From NCBI GenBank assembly GCA_044450345.1, contig JBIOIY010000002.1:128001-192000 (forward strand): a DNA stretch of 64,000 nt, in the 5' to 3' direction. Position 1 is the stretch's first letter, and every line of letters starts with the position of its first letter. Shown piece after piece: positions 1-10,792 of the stretch. Source of the stretch: Thermodesulfovibrionales bacterium (lineage in GTDB: Bacteria > Nitrospirota > Thermodesulfovibrionia > Thermodesulfovibrionales > UBA6898). Below the pieces are notes generated by a model that worked only from the letters and a program-made list of their open reading frames with translations, had not been told where the DNA came from and searched no databases. Made by a program: the position numbers and the translations under genes.

Positions 1-1120
1 TATGAACATTGAAGCAGCCCTCATAAAGAAGATCGGCGCCGTGGGAAAGAAGCTGCATACCGCGCGTTCCAGGAACGATCAGGTCGCCCTCGATATGCGG
101 CTTTATCTCAGGGAAGAAATAAAAGAGATACTTTTCCTTATAAAAAAATTTCAGAAGACGCTCGTCGATATTGCCGGGCGGCACCTGAATACTATTATGC
201 CCGGCTATACCCATACGCAACGCGCCCAGCCGGTCCTGCTGTCGCACCATCTGCTGGCGTATGTCGAGATGCACCAGAGAGACAAGGGGCGGTTTGAAGA
301 TTGCATGAAGCGCATGAACGTCCTTCCCCTGGGTTCATGCGCTCTCGCAGGGACCACGCTGCCGATCGACAGGGGTTACGTTGCAGAGCTCCTCGGCTTC
401 GACGAGGTCTCGCGAAACAGCATGGACGCTGTTTCAGACAGGGATTTTGCAATGGAATTTCTTTCATGCTCTTCCATTGCGGCCACGCATCTCTCTCGCC
501 TTGCCGAGGAGGTAGTACTGTGGTCGACGGAAGAATTCCGGCTGATAGAGATATCCGACACATTTACTACCGGGTCCAGCATTATGCCCCAGAAAAAGAA
601 CCCTGATGTTGCCGAACTCGTCAGAGGCAAGACAGGGAGAGTATACGGACACCTCATCTCGCTCCTTACGCTTATGAAGGGCCTGCCGCTTTCATACAAC
701 CGCGATATGCAGGAGGACAAACCTCCGGTCTTCGATGCGGTCGACACGCTGAAATCCTGTTTATCGGTTACCAACGCCATGCTGCCGGAAATTACCTTCA
801 AGTCCGGCAGGATGCGCATGACTTCCGGTGAAGGGTATTCGACTGCGACCGACCTCGCAGAATATCTGGTGAGGAAAGGTGTCCCCTTCAGAGAGGCCCA
901 TGAAATTACCGGCAAGATCGTTCTTTACTGCATCAGCAATAAGAAGGACCTGCAGTCCCTCGAACTTAAGGAACTAAAATCTTTTTCGAATACTATCTCG
1001 GCAGATGTGTTTAAGGCCCTGGACCCGGCAGAGTCGGTCAAGGCCAGGTCTTCATACGGCGGGACCGCCCCTTCCCAGGTCATGAGGCAGATACAATATT
1101 TCCGGAAGATCCTCAGGTAA
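1..1120 (+). CDS. argH: argininosuccinate lyase (5'-truncated by window edge)
   Basis: [21 protein letters not shown] and [12 protein letters not shown] fumarase/ASL-family motifs. Confidence 0.97.
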   Translation, partial: MNIEAALIKKIGAVGKKLHTARSRNDQVALDMRLYLREEIKEILFLIKKFQKTLVDIAGRHLNTIMPGYTHTQRAQPVLLSHHLLAYVEMHQRDKGRFEDCMKRMNVLPLGSCALAGTTLPIDRGYVAELLGFDEVSRNSMDAVSDRDFAMEFLSCSSIAATHLSRLAEEVVLWSTEEFRLIEISDTFTTGSSIMPQKKNPDVAELVRGKTGRVYGHLISLLTLMKGLPLSYNRDMQEDKPPVFDAVDTLKSCLSVTNAMLPEITFKSGRMRMTSGEGYSTATDLAEYLVRKGVPFREAHEITGKIVLYCISNKKDLQSLELKELKSFSNTISADVFKALDPAESVKARSSYGGTAPSQVMRQIQYFRKILR

Positions 1121-1121
1121 A

Positions 1122-2096
1122 ATGGCCCTCTCGAATAATCATCGTTGGCGTAAATTACGGAGCCTGCCGGTCTCCGGTCCGATTTTGGTCATTATAGCCC
1201 TCTTTCTTGTTTCATCCTGCGGCAAGAAAGCCGCGCCCTCACTCGCTTCCTATGAAAAACCACCGGCCCCCGCCGTCCTCAGCGTCTCCCAAAGGGAGAA
1301 CGGCATGCTCCTCTCGTGGGGCTTTCCGGCTGACAAGGAAAAGGTGATATCGGGATTTATCGTACTCAGGGAACGGGATTCGGCTTTTAATAAAATTGCG
1401 TCGGCAGGGAGCGATATGCGCGCCTTCATCGATACTGATGTAAAGGAGGGGATGAAGTACACGTATAAAGTCGTATCGCAGAACCAAAGGGGGATATTGA
1501 GCGCGGATTCAAATTCCGTCACGGTGGTCGTCCTAACGCCGCCGGAGCCGCCTGCGAATATAGTATGGAATATCGGGAGCGATTCGCTGTCGCTTTCATG
1601 GGAGAAGACCGGAAAAGAGGTCCGGTATAACGTGTACCGGACCTTCGAAAAAGGAAAATACGGCATGCCCCCTGTGAACAAGTCGCCTATTCCAGAGAAT
1701 TTTTTTAAAGACAATTTTTTTCTCGACAGGCCGGTGCATTATACTATCCGGAGTCTGGTAAAGAATACAGTGGCGGCAGAGGGGCCGGCATCACAGGAAA
1801 TAACTGTTAACCCCTCGGATTTCATACCGGCGCCGCCTCGGGACATCCGCTTTTTTGCCGCATCCGATAAGATCTACCTGTATTGGAAAGAAGCTGATAC
1901 GGTTTGGATCACAGGCTTCAGGGTATACAGGAGATTCTCTGGTAGCGATTATGCCCTGATCGCCGAGACACAGATACCCTCTTTTTTGGACAAGGACACG
2001 CCATATGTAAAAAGAGATTACCGGATCGCTGCGGTAGGGCCTTCGCGGGAGGGACCCGCCGCTGAAATCACGGGGGTCCTTTTCCAGCCCGAATGA
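1122..2096 (+). CDS. lipoprotein with fibronectin type III-like domains
   Basis: Hydrophobic segment plus lipobox-like LVSSCGKK; repeated FN3-like patterns (LSW...GFIVLR, YNVYR, YTYKV). Confidence 0.7.
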   Translation: MALSNNHRWRKLRSLPVSGPILVIIALFLVSSCGKKAAPSLASYEKPPAPAVLSVSQRENGMLLSWGFPADKEKVISGFIVLRERDSAFNKIASAGSDMRAFIDTDVKEGMKYTYKVVSQNQRGILSADSNSVTVVVLTPPEPPANIVWNIGSDSLSLSWEKTGKEVRYNVYRTFEKGKYGMPPVNKSPIPENFFKDNFFLDRPVHYTIRSLVKNTVAAEGPASQEITVNPSDFIPAPPRDIRFFAASDKIYLYWKEADTVWITGFRVYRRFSGSDYALIAETQIPSFLDKDTPYVKRDYRIAAVGPSREGPAAEITGVLFQPE

Positions 2097-2182
2097 ACCT
2101 CATGCGTATTAAGACAAAAACGAAGAAAAAAGTTGGCAAAAAATGCGTATTTTATTTTACACTTAAGCGAAAATATTGAGCT

Positions 2183-4303
2183 ATGGGCATCCCACTAAAA
2201 ATACTGATTATTGAGGATTCCGAGGATGATGTAGTCCTTTTACTGAGGGAGCTCAAACTCGGCGGATATGAACCTCTCCACGTGCGGGTCGAGACAGCGG
2301 AGGACATGGCGGCGGCTATCGCCGAAAGACAGTGGGATGTCATCATATCCGATTTCATCATGCCGCAATTCAGCGGACCCGCGGCCCTCGACCTTCTCAA
2401 ACAGAGCGGTCTTGACATACCGTTCATTATCGTTTCGGGAAAAATAGGAGAAGACATCGCAGTGGAGGCAATGAAGGCGGGTGCCCATGACTATATACTC
2501 AAGGGCAACCTCGCGAGGCTCGTCCCTGCCGTAAAGAGGGAATTAAGAGAGGCTGAATCACGCGCCTCCAAGCGGGCGGCGGAAGAAGAACTGAACAGGC
2601 ACCGGGACCATCTTGGAGAACTCGTCGAAGAGCGCACAAACGAATTAAGGAGCACAAACGAGCAGCTTCAACAAGAGATATCCGACCGCAAGACAGCGGA
2701 AGAGGCGCTGCGCAAGGCGATAAAAAGGGCGAAAGAGGAAAAGGCGAAGTCCGAAGCGATAATCGCAGCGCTGGGCGACGGTATCGTCATCCAGGACAGC
2801 GACTTTAAAATCACCTATCAAAATCTGATCCACAAAAACATCATTGGCGACCATCTGGGCGAATACTGCTATAGAGCATACCGCGTGGGGGAAAGTCACT
2901 GCACAGATTGCCCTGTTTCTCTGTCTTTCAGGGACGGTATGATACACCAGGCCGAAAAGACCATTTCAACAGACACTGGGCTCCGCAACATCGAGATTAC
3001 GGCGTCCCCTCTGCGAGATGCCTCGGGCCGAATCATTGCAGGTATCGAGATCGTCAGGGACACAACGGAGCGCAAAAAAATGGAAGATGAATTGCGCGAA
3101 CACCGCGACCATCTGGACCTGATGGTGAAGGACCGCACCTCCGAGCTGAGGAAGCTCAACAAGGAGCTCAGGGCCGAGATCATGCGCCGCATACAAATGG
3201 AGAAGGACCTGATTGAGAGCCAGCGCTTCGTCCATCGTATCGCTGATGCGACCCCTAACATACTCTACCTCTACGACGCGGTCGAAAACAGGAATATTTA
3301 CATAAATTCGCGCATCAAGGACATCCTCGGTTACTCTCCGGAAGATATTAAGAATATGAAGAGTGCTTTTTTCAAGAAACTCCTGCACCCCGGCGATGCT
3401 CCGGTCATCGACGCTCTCTGGAAGAGATTTCTCAAAGCCAATGACGGCGACATCATAGAGTCGGAATACCGATTGAAGAATTACAACGGCGACTGGCGCT
3501 GGTTCTATAGCAGAGATATAGTATTCAAGAGGACTTCCGGCGGTCATCTGAAACTCGTACTCGGCATCTCTCAGGACGTTACCGAGCGCAAAATGTTTGA
3601 GGAAGAACTGCAGAGTTCCCGCGAGCAACTCCGCCGGCTCCTGGCCCACCACCAGTCGGTGAGGGAGGACGAAAGGACCCGGATATCCCGCGAAATCCAC
3701 GATGAACTGGGACAGTCCCTGACGGCCCTTAAGATGGACCTCTCGTGGATGGTCAAGCGGCTCGGCAAAGACCAAGGGCCCCTTTTGGAGAAGGCCCGTC
3801 TCATGTCAAAGCTGATCGACATGAATATCCAGACTGTCAAAAGGATCGCCGCAGAGCTGAGACCGGGACTGCTCGACGATCTGGGCCTGACTGCTGCCCT
3901 CGAATGGCAGGCTGAGGAATTCCAGAAAAGGACCGGGATAAAGTGCGAAGTTTCGGTCCTTCCCGAGGACATGGAGCTGGACAGAGATGTCTCGACAGCC
4001 ATCTTCCGCATCTTTCAGGAGACGCTCACCAATGTGGTAAGGCACGCGAAGGCAAAAAAGGTCAGCGCAAGCTTAAAAAAGAAGAAAGACACTCTGATGT
4101 TCCAGATCAAAGATGACGGAAAAGGGATATCCGAAAAACAGATTTCGAACCCAAAATCCATAGGATTGATAGGCATGAGAGAGCGGGTGCACTTTTTTGC
4201 GGGCAGGATGGAGATCACCGGGGACGAAGGGACTACCGTGACGGTCACCATTCCAGTGGGCGAAGGAGCAGATACCGTCACCCGGGAAAAGGTCTTGAAA
4301 TGA
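2183..4303 (+). CDS. hybrid sensor histidine kinase (REC-PAS-PAS-HisKA_3-HATPase)
   Basis: N-terminal receiver (ILIIEDSEDD...DFIMP), PAS/PAC motifs, REIHDELGQSLT H-box, DDGKG and GLIGMRER boxes. Confidence 0.93.
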   Translation: MGIPLKILIIEDSEDDVVLLLRELKLGGYEPLHVRVETAEDMAAAIAERQWDVIISDFIMPQFSGPAALDLLKQSGLDIPFIIVSGKIGEDIAVEAMKAGAHDYILKGNLARLVPAVKRELREAESRASKRAAEEELNRHRDHLGELVEERTNELRSTNEQLQQEISDRKTAEEALRKAIKRAKEEKAKSEAIIAALGDGIVIQDSDFKITYQNLIHKNIIGDHLGEYCYRAYRVGESHCTDCPVSLSFRDGMIHQAEKTISTDTGLRNIEITASPLRDASGRIIAGIEIVRDTTERKKMEDELREHRDHLDLMVKDRTSELRKLNKELRAEIMRRIQMEKDLIESQRFVHRIADATPNILYLYDAVENRNIYINSRIKDILGYSPEDIKNMKSAFFKKLLHPGDAPVIDALWKRFLKANDGDIIESEYRLKNYNGDWRWFYSRDIVFKRTSGGHLKLVLGISQDVTERKMFEEELQSSREQLRRLLAHHQSVREDERTRISREIHDELGQSLTALKMDLSWMVKRLGKDQGPLLEKARLMSKLIDMNIQTVKRIAAELRPGLLDDLGLTAALEWQAEEFQKRTGIKCEVSVLPEDMELDRDVSTAIFRIFQETLTNVVRHAKAKKVSASLKKKKDTLMFQIKDDGKGISEKQISNPKSIGLIGMRERVHFFAGRMEITGDEGTTVTVTIPVGEGADTVTREKVLK

Positions 4304-4343
4304 GCGGCAAAGGAGTTCGAGATGATGTCCCGGGAGGATTGAA

Positions 4344-4976
4344 TTGATAAAGATACTCATCGCCGATGACCACAGGATTGTCCGTGAGGGGCTGAAACAG
4401 ATCCTTGCCGAAACACAGGACATGATCGTTACGGACGAGGCCAATAACGCGCAAGAGGTGTTAAAAAAGGTCTGGGACAACGATTACGACGTACTACTCC
4501 TGGACATATCCATGCCGGGAAGAAGCGGTCTGGACATATTGAAACAATTAAAAAGCGACCGGCCTAAACTCTCCGTGCTTGTGCTGAGCATGTATTCCGA
4601 GGAGCAATATGCCTTAAGGGCCCTGAGGGCCGGCGCGTCAGGCTACATGACCAAAGAAAGCGCGCCTGATGAATTGATAGAGGCGATACGAAAGGTTTCG
4701 ACGGGCAGGAAGTATATCAGCCCTAGTGTTGCAGAAAAGCTCGCCTTCAGCCTTGAAAGCGGCGATGAAAGACCTCCCCAGGAAACACTCTCCGACCGTG
4801 AATTCCAGGTCATGTGCATGATCGCTTCCGGTAAAACGATCAAGGCTATTGCCGACGAGCTCTCGCTGAGCGTCAAGACGGTCAGCACCTATCGTGCACG
4901 CATTCTCGAAAAGATGCGGATGAAAAACAACGCCGAGCTCACGCACTATGCGATTCAAAACAAACTCGTTGAGTAA
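4344..4976 (+). CDS. NarL/LuxR-family response regulator
   Basis: ADDHRIVREG receiver, LDISMPG, C-terminal LuxR HTH (LSDREFQV...LSVKTVSTY). Confidence 0.95.
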   Translation: MIKILIADDHRIVREGLKQILAETQDMIVTDEANNAQEVLKKVWDNDYDVLLLDISMPGRSGLDILKQLKSDRPKLSVLVLSMYSEEQYALRALRAGASGYMTKESAPDELIEAIRKVSTGRKYISPSVAEKLAFSLESGDERPPQETLSDREFQVMCMIASGKTIKAIADELSLSVKTVSTYRARILEKMRMKNNAELTHYAIQNKLVE

Positions 4977-5086
4977 CCGGTTCGCAGCTCTCCGGTTGAC
5001 AGAGGATCAGCGATTGGGTTACGCTCTTTCGAAGTGTCGGGCAGGGCAAACCGCGGCGGGACCGCTTCCGGGTTAAGCATTTTCTG

Positions 5087-5671
5087 ATGAAAGAAAAGAT
5101 CCTTAAAGAATTCAAAGAAAGCATTTCCGTCAAGGAAAAATTCATCCAGGGTCATCTGGACGCAGTCATCGATGTGTCCAGGGCCATCGCAGCCGCCTTT
5201 AACGAAGGGAACAAACTGATTCTCTTCGGCAATGGTGGAAGCTCCACTGACGCCTCCCACATCGCGGCAGAATTTGTCAACAGGTTCAAGAGAGAGCGTC
5301 CGGGACTGCCGGCTATCGCACTGAATACCGATATGGCGGTCATTACATCGATAGCAAACGATTATGATTACTCAGAGATCTTTTCCCGCCAGCTCAAGTC
5401 TCTCGCCGCCGAAGGGGATGTCGTAATCGCCATCACCACAAGCGGACATTCTTCTAACGTCATCAAGGCGCTTGACGCGGCGAAAAAAAAGAAATTGAAA
5501 ACAATAATCTTTACGGGAACTAAAGGGGAGAAACTCGCCTCCAAGGCGTCATATTCCTTTGTCGTACCCTCAGATAACACACCGAGAATACAGGAAACAC
5601 ATATTACCCTGGGGCACGTAATCTGCCTCATGGTCGAAGAAATACTCTTTGAAGAACCTCGAAAAAAGTAG
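5087..5671 (+). CDS. gmhA: D-sedoheptulose 7-phosphate isomerase
   Basis: GNGGSSTDASHIAAEF, NDYDY and RIQETHI motifs. Confidence 0.95.
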   Translation: MKEKILKEFKESISVKEKFIQGHLDAVIDVSRAIAAAFNEGNKLILFGNGGSSTDASHIAAEFVNRFKRERPGLPAIALNTDMAVITSIANDYDYSEIFSRQLKSLAAEGDVVIAITTSGHSSNVIKALDAAKKKKLKTIIFTGTKGEKLASKASYSFVVPSDNTPRIQETHITLGHVICLMVEEILFEEPRKK

Positions 5672-5701
5672 TTCCCCGGGCCAAAAGTTTTTCATATAGA
5701 T

Positions 5702-5833
5702 ATGGTACTTAAAGAAAGAGAATTGAATATTTCATCCATTCAAAAATCAGGGAATACTCCCTTTATGGTCTCGAAGGTTGATGATGCGGTGAGAGAACTA
5801 ATATCAGAGACGGGCAAGGAACTTGAAACATGA
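5702..5833 (+). CDS. 43-aa small ORF (MVLKERELNISSIQKSGNTPFMVSKVDDAVRELISETGKELET)
   Basis: Manual translation; its TGA overlaps the ruvC ATG (ATGA), suggesting translational coupling; no strong RBS. Confidence 0.35.
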   Translation: MVLKERELNISSIQKSGNTPFMVSKVDDAVRELISETGKELET

Positions 5834-6318
5834 TAATTCTCGGCCTTGATCCGGGCCTGGCAAGTACCGGGTTCGGTGCAATCAAATGCGAGAACAGCTC
5901 CCCCTCCCTGTTAAAATGCGGTCACATAAAGACCTCGCCCGAAGACCATATTTCACACAGACTGTCCCAAATTCATTCCGATATCGCCCGTCTTATCCAT
6001 CTGGTTCAACCGGATTTAATTGCCATTGAGAATGTATTTTCTCTGGTCAGATATCCTAAAGCCGGTATTCTCCTAGGGGGGGTTTTAGGTATTATATATC
6101 TGTCCGTGTGCCAGAATAATATTTCGATGATTGAAATTACACCTAAAGAAGTGAAAAATTCTCTGGTCGGCTACGGCAGCGCCGACAAGAAACAGGTCAA
6201 AGAGACCGTAAAAAAATTACTCAAAATTACGGACATCAGGTCCTTCCATGCTGCAGATGCATTAGCCATAGCCTTGACCGCATTCCACAGAAAAACATCA
6301 TGGGGGAAGCTCAAATGA
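5830..6318 (+). CDS. ruvC: Holliday junction resolvase RuvC
   Basis: ILGLDPGLASTG, GYGSADKKQV, AADALAIA. Confidence 0.93.
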   Translation: MIILGLDPGLASTGFGAIKCENSSPSLLKCGHIKTSPEDHISHRLSQIHSDIARLIHLVQPDLIAIENVFSLVRYPKAGILLGGVLGIIYLSVCQNNISMIEITPKEVKNSLVGYGSADKKQVKETVKKLLKITDIRSFHAADALAIALTAFHRKTSWGKLK

Positions 6319-6935
6319 TAACCTATTTAAAGGGAAGTCTAAGGATTAAACCGTTGTCTGATGAGAGAATCACTCTGATAGTAAATGGTATAGGGTATGA
6401 TATATTAATACCTGCATATGTGATGAATAGGATAAAAAAAGAAAAATCCGACGGAGACGAACTGGAATTATACGTTTCATACAATCAAACGGAGCGACAA
6501 CCCAAACCGGTCCTGGTCGGCTTTGAGTCGGACTTGGACAAAGAATTTTTTGAACTGTTTATATCGGTCGAAGATATCGGTCCAACTGCGGCGGTGAAGG
6601 CATTGATCAGGCCCGTGAGAGAAATCGCGCGTTCGATTGAAGGGAAAGATTCAAAAGCACTAAAACAATTAAAAGGTATCGGGGAGAGAAAGGCGGAAAA
6701 GATTATTGCGACGTTGAAAGGAAAGGTCGCAAAATACGCCTTGATGCCGGAACTGGAAGCGCCTGCCGAAGTGACTGAAGATTTCCAGAAGGAAGTCGAG
6801 GACGTTCTGATAACCCAGCTTGGACATAAACAGATAGAAGCTCGCAAGATGATAGAGGAAGCCATGAAAAGGAATCCCCGCATCAATTCGTCTGAGGAAT
6901 TATTTGAGGAAGTATATAGAGGGCAAAAGAAGTGA
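6315..6935 (+). CDS. ruvA: Holliday junction branch migration protein RuvA
   Basis: MITYLKG start (ATGA overlap with ruvC stop), NGIGY, HhH motifs IGP and [10 protein letters not shown]; between ruvC and ruvB. Confidence 0.9.
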   Translation: MITYLKGSLRIKPLSDERITLIVNGIGYDILIPAYVMNRIKKEKSDGDELELYVSYNQTERQPKPVLVGFESDLDKEFFELFISVEDIGPTAAVKALIRPVREIARSIEGKDSKALKQLKGIGERKAEKIIATLKGKVAKYALMPELEAPAEVTEDFQKEVEDVLITQLGHKQIEARKMIEEAMKRNPRINSSEELFEEVYRGQKK

Positions 6936-7999
6936 TCTTCGAAGAAGAAAACAATCTTCCCGAAATTCTGAAAGATAACGATATTTTGGAGGGAGACAGC
7001 ACCTTATTAAATTTAAGACCGAAGAAGCTATCGGAGTATATAGGGCAGGACAAAATAGTTGAAACACTGAACATCGCAATAGAAGCTGCCCTTGGGAGAA
7101 GTGAACCTTTAGACCATGTATTATTCAATGGCCCTCCGGGGCTGGGTAAGACCACTTTAGCCCACATTATTGCGAATGAGATGGGGTCAAAAATAATTAC
7201 TTCATCCGGGCCGGCGCTGGAAAAAGGCGGGGATCTGATGGGAATTCTCACCCATATGGAAAAAGGAGATGTCTTTTTTATCGATGAAATTCACAGGCTG
7301 CCTAAGGTCGTTGAAGAATTTCTTTATCCGGCAATGGAGGACTTTGCCGTGGACTTCATTTTTGATAAAGGAGTGCATGCAAGAACTCACAGGTACAGAC
7401 TTGAGCCTTTCACTCTCATAGGGGCGACAACACGGGCCGGCCTGTTATCCTCACCCTTAAGGGAAAGGTTTGGAATTACAAGGGACCTGGATTTTTATAC
7501 GGAACAAGACCTGATTCGTATTGTGAAGCGGTCTGCAGCAATCCTGGAAATAACTGTTGAGCAGGAAGGCGCGTATGAAATAGCCCGGAGATCAAGGGGG
7601 ACCCCGAGAGTTGCTAACAGATTGTTAAAACGCGTCCGTGATTTTGCACAAGTAAGGGCAAAGGGAAAGATTACAAAAAAAGTAGCCGTGGATGCGCTCG
7701 CGCTGGAAGGAATTGACGACGATGGATTAGGAGAAACCGATAGAAAATTGATGAGGACGATAATACTCCATTATAAGGGCGGCCCGGTTGGAATTGAAGC
7801 GCTTGCCTCCACTCTTCAGATAGAAACAGATGTGCTTTTGGATGTGGTTGAGCCATATTTATTAAAAACAGGTTTTATCATTCGTACTTCACAGGGAAGG
7901 AAGGCTACCGAAAGAGCGTACTCCCATTTCAATATCTCCCGCAAAAGTGAATCCGATGATCCCGGCCTTTTCGGAAATGTAAAGAACAGACGACCATAA
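6932..7999 (+). CDS. ruvB: Holliday junction helicase RuvB
   Basis: [41 protein letters not shown]. Confidence 0.97.
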   Translation: MIFEEENNLPEILKDNDILEGDSTLLNLRPKKLSEYIGQDKIVETLNIAIEAALGRSEPLDHVLFNGPPGLGKTTLAHIIANEMGSKIITSSGPALEKGGDLMGILTHMEKGDVFFIDEIHRLPKVVEEFLYPAMEDFAVDFIFDKGVHARTHRYRLEPFTLIGATTRAGLLSSPLRERFGITRDLDFYTEQDLIRIVKRSAAILEITVEQEGAYEIARRSRGTPRVANRLLKRVRDFAQVRAKGKITKKVAVDALALEGIDDDGLGETDRKLMRTIILHYKGGPVGIEALASTLQIETDVLLDVVEPYLLKTGFIIRTSQGRKATERAYSHFNISRKSESDDPGLFGNVKNRRP

Positions 8000-8002
8000 C
8001 CC

Positions 8003-8557
8003 ATGAAACTCCTGATGCATATCTGCTGTTCAAACTGCAGTGTCTTTCCACTCGAAGTTTTTTTGACCAAGGGGATAGACGTTACGGGCTTGTGGTTCAA
8101 CCCCAACATACACCCCTATACGGAATATGCGCAGCGGCTCGATTCTCTGAGGAAACTTCAGCGAATGTGGAACCTGGATATTGAATATGACGAAAACTAT
8201 GCTCTGGATGATTTTTTGAAATCCGTGGTCGGCAAGGGGACGCACCGGTGTGAAATCTGCTATGCGACGAGGCTGGAAAAAACCGCCTGGACTGCAAAAA
8301 AGATGGGCATCGGGGGTTTCACGACCTCTCTTCTTGCAAGTCCATATCAGAAATTTGATATGATAATAGCAATAGGTGAAGAGATCGGCCGAAGACAGGG
8401 AGTTTCCTTTTTTTACGAAGACCTGAGGCAGGGATGGAACATTTCAAGAGGTCTCGCCTCGGAATTCGGCCTTTACAGACAAAAATACTGCGGCTGCATA
8501 TATTCGGAAATGGAAAGATACGCAAAGAAAGGCAAGCGCCCTGCCGCTGGCAGATAG
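8003..8557 (+). CDS. queH: epoxyqueuosine reductase QueH
   Basis: LLMHICC, NPNIHP, RCEICY, YRQKYCGC motifs (DUF208). Confidence 0.9.
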   Translation: MKLLMHICCSNCSVFPLEVFLTKGIDVTGLWFNPNIHPYTEYAQRLDSLRKLQRMWNLDIEYDENYALDDFLKSVVGKGTHRCEICYATRLEKTAWTAKKMGIGGFTTSLLASPYQKFDMIIAIGEEIGRRQGVSFFYEDLRQGWNISRGLASEFGLYRQKYCGCIYSEMERYAKKGKRPAAGR

Positions 8558-8597
8558 CGGAAAAGTCCGGTAAATATTGAGCGGGATGGTCGATGAG

Positions 8598-8813
8598 ATG
8601 CAGCATATAGGCAGATTACTGGTCATTTCTGGCGTTGCAATAGCGGCGATCGGCGTACTCATCATCTTTTCAGGCAAACTCCCGTGGCTGGGAAGACTGC
8701 CGGGGGACATCGTTTTTCACAGGAAGAATTTCACGTTCTATTTCCCCCTCGCAACGAGCATATTGATAAGTCTTGTGCTCACGCTTCTGTTCTGGATATT
8801 TGGGAGGAGATAA
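8598..8813 (+). CDS. DUF2905 family small membrane protein
   Basis: LGRLPGDI...FYFPLATSIL signature. Confidence 0.88.
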   Translation: MQHIGRLLVISGVAIAAIGVLIIFSGKLPWLGRLPGDIVFHRKNFTFYFPLATSILISLVLTLLFWIFGRR

Positions 8814-8814
8814 C

Positions 8815-9798
8815 ATGCGCAAGAGGTTGATCTTTATATATTTTTTCCTGATGTTGCTCGCCTGCTCAAGGCTGGAGGCGGGGACAATCAAGGTCTTGAT
8901 ACTGGATGATGTGTTCCAGAATATACCTGCAAAGGACGAACAGCTCGAAAAAATGGGCAAGCTCAGCGGTGACCTCCTGGTCGGCGGCACCCATTATGGC
9001 GGTGATATCGCGGTCATGAAAGGCAAAACCGGGATGTATCTTATAAACGAACTGCCAATCGAGGAATACGTAAAAAATGTGGTCGGGGCAGAAGTGAGTT
9101 CCAGTTGGGACATGGAAGCGCTCAAGGTCCAGGCCGTAATCGCAAGAACCTATGCCCTTTACCAAAAAATGGCTGCGGGGAACACACCATATGACCTGAC
9201 CTCTTCAGTCCTCCATCAGGTGTACAAAGGGAGCACAGTGGATGCAAGGATCGCCTATGCAGTAATGAATACCGAGGGTGAGGTTCTCTATTATAACGAC
9301 CGGCTGATCGAAGCGCTTTATCATTCGACAAGCGGCGGAATGACTGAAGACGCCTCCGAGGTATTCGGGAAGAGTTATCCTTACTTGAAACCGGTTACAT
9401 CAAACTGCGAGATATCCCCTTACTGGATGTGGGAAAGAAAGATACCGGTGGACGAAATTGAAAAAGCGATAAATATCTCCGGGCTCAAAGAGATTACCAT
9501 AAAGTCCTACACATCAACGAGGCGGGTCAAGACCGTAGATGTCGTACACAACGGGGGGGTTGCGAACGTAAAGGCAACTGACCTGAGAAAAATGCTGGGA
9601 TGGAGCCGGTTGCCGAGTACGAACTTCGAGGTGACCCGGGAAAACGGCAATTTTATCTTTGAGGGAAAGGGATACGGCCACGGCGTGGGACTCTGCCAGT
9701 GGTCGGCCCTCCAGATGGCCCGTGATGGTAAGAACTATAGAGAAATCCTTTCCTTTTTTTATCCTGGTACGGTCATCAAAATATATGAAGACCGCTGA
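8815..9798 (+). CDS. SpoIID/LytB-domain peptidoglycan lytic transglycosylase
   Basis: EALKVQAVIARTY, QVYKG, GKGYGHGVGLCQW; signal peptide. Confidence 0.9.
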   Translation: MRKRLIFIYFFLMLLACSRLEAGTIKVLILDDVFQNIPAKDEQLEKMGKLSGDLLVGGTHYGGDIAVMKGKTGMYLINELPIEEYVKNVVGAEVSSSWDMEALKVQAVIARTYALYQKMAAGNTPYDLTSSVLHQVYKGSTVDARIAYAVMNTEGEVLYYNDRLIEALYHSTSGGMTEDASEVFGKSYPYLKPVTSNCEISPYWMWERKIPVDEIEKAINISGLKEITIKSYTSTRRVKTVDVVHNGGVANVKATDLRKMLGWSRLPSTNFEVTRENGNFIFEGKGYGHGVGLCQWSALQMARDGKNYREILSFFYPGTVIKIYEDR

Positions 9799-10792
9799 GT
9801 ACGACTTTCTCCTCCCTCAAGAACTTATCGCTTACAGGCCGTCCATAAAGAGGGACAACTCCAGACTGCTCGTGCTGCATAGAGACGGCGGGGTCGAACA
9901 CAAAAGATTTCGGGACCTTCCCTGTTTTCTGAGGGCGGGCGACATGCTTCTCCTGAACAAGACAAAGGTCTTCCCCGCGAGGTTATCGGGTATCAAGCGG
10001 GGCGGGGGAAGGCTTGAGATACTTCTTGTCAAGGAGACTTCTCCGGGGATGTGGGATATCATGGCTAAGGGCAAATATACGGGTCCGATGCTGATTTCAG
10101 AAGGACTTACGGCATACATTTCAGGAGGAAAAATCGCCCTTTTCAAGGACCCGAAACGTCTAAGGGAGTTAATTTGGCAGGAGGGAGAAATGCCTCTTCC
10201 GCCTTATATCAGACGTCAGCCTGACGACTGTGACAAAGAGCGCTATCAGACCGTATATGCAGAAATCGAGGGGTCGATCGCCGCCCCGACAGCAGGTCTT
10301 CATTTCACCCCTGAACTTCTCGACGCTATCGCCGCGGCATCCGTTCTGATACGGCATGTGGTACTCCACGTCGGAACCGGGACCTTCAAGTTGGTAAAAA
10401 CGGATGACATTGAAGACCACATTATGGAGAAGGAGTTGTTCGAAATCAACCCCTCTTTGCTGTCTGAGATCGCTGAAGTAAAGAGTCGGGGTGGCAGGAT
10501 TATTGCCGTCGGTACGACTACCACTCGGGCCGTTGAAGGTTATCTTAGCGGGAAAAGCGAGATTGTATCTTCTCACGGCGCCATTCGCGGGCTTACGGAT
10601 ATCTTTATCCATGGACGTTATCGCCCTATGGCAGTGGACTCTGTTATTACAAATTTTCACCTCCCCCGTTCCACGCCACTGATGCTCACTGCGGTCTTTA
10701 CGGGCAGGGCGAGACTCCTTCAGACATATGAAACCGCGATATCCATGGGATATAGATTTTTCTCCTATGGTGATGCTATGCTTGTTTTATGA
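9785..10792 (+). CDS. queA: SAM:tRNA ribosyltransferase-isomerase
   Basis: PLPPYI, RYQTVYA, AAPTAGLHF, TNFHLP, FFSYGDAM. Confidence 0.96.
   Translation: MKTAEYDFLLPQELIAYRPSIKRDNSRLLVLHRDGGVEHKRFRDLPCFLRAGDMLLLNKTKVFPARLSGIKRGGGRLEILLVKETSPGMWDIMAKGKYTGPMLISEGLTAYISGGKIALFKDPKRLRELIWQEGEMPLPPYIRRQPDDCDKERYQTVYAEIEGSIAAPTAGLHFTPELLDAIAAASVLIRHVVLHVGTGTFKLVKTDDIEDHIMEKELFEINPSLLSEIAEVKSRGGRIIAVGTTTTRAVEGYLSGKSEIVSSHGAIRGLTDIFIHGRYRPMAVDSVITNFHLPRSTPLMLTAVFTGRARLLQTYETAISMGYRFFSYGDAMLVL

Noticed and set aside
5042..5078. c-di-GMP-I riboswitch-like words (CAGGGCAAACC...GGGAC...TCCGG..TAAG) upstream of gmhA
   Set aside because: No GNRA loop, no GCAAA junction and no room for the 3' P3/P1 strands before the ATG; needs an Rfam RF01051 scan
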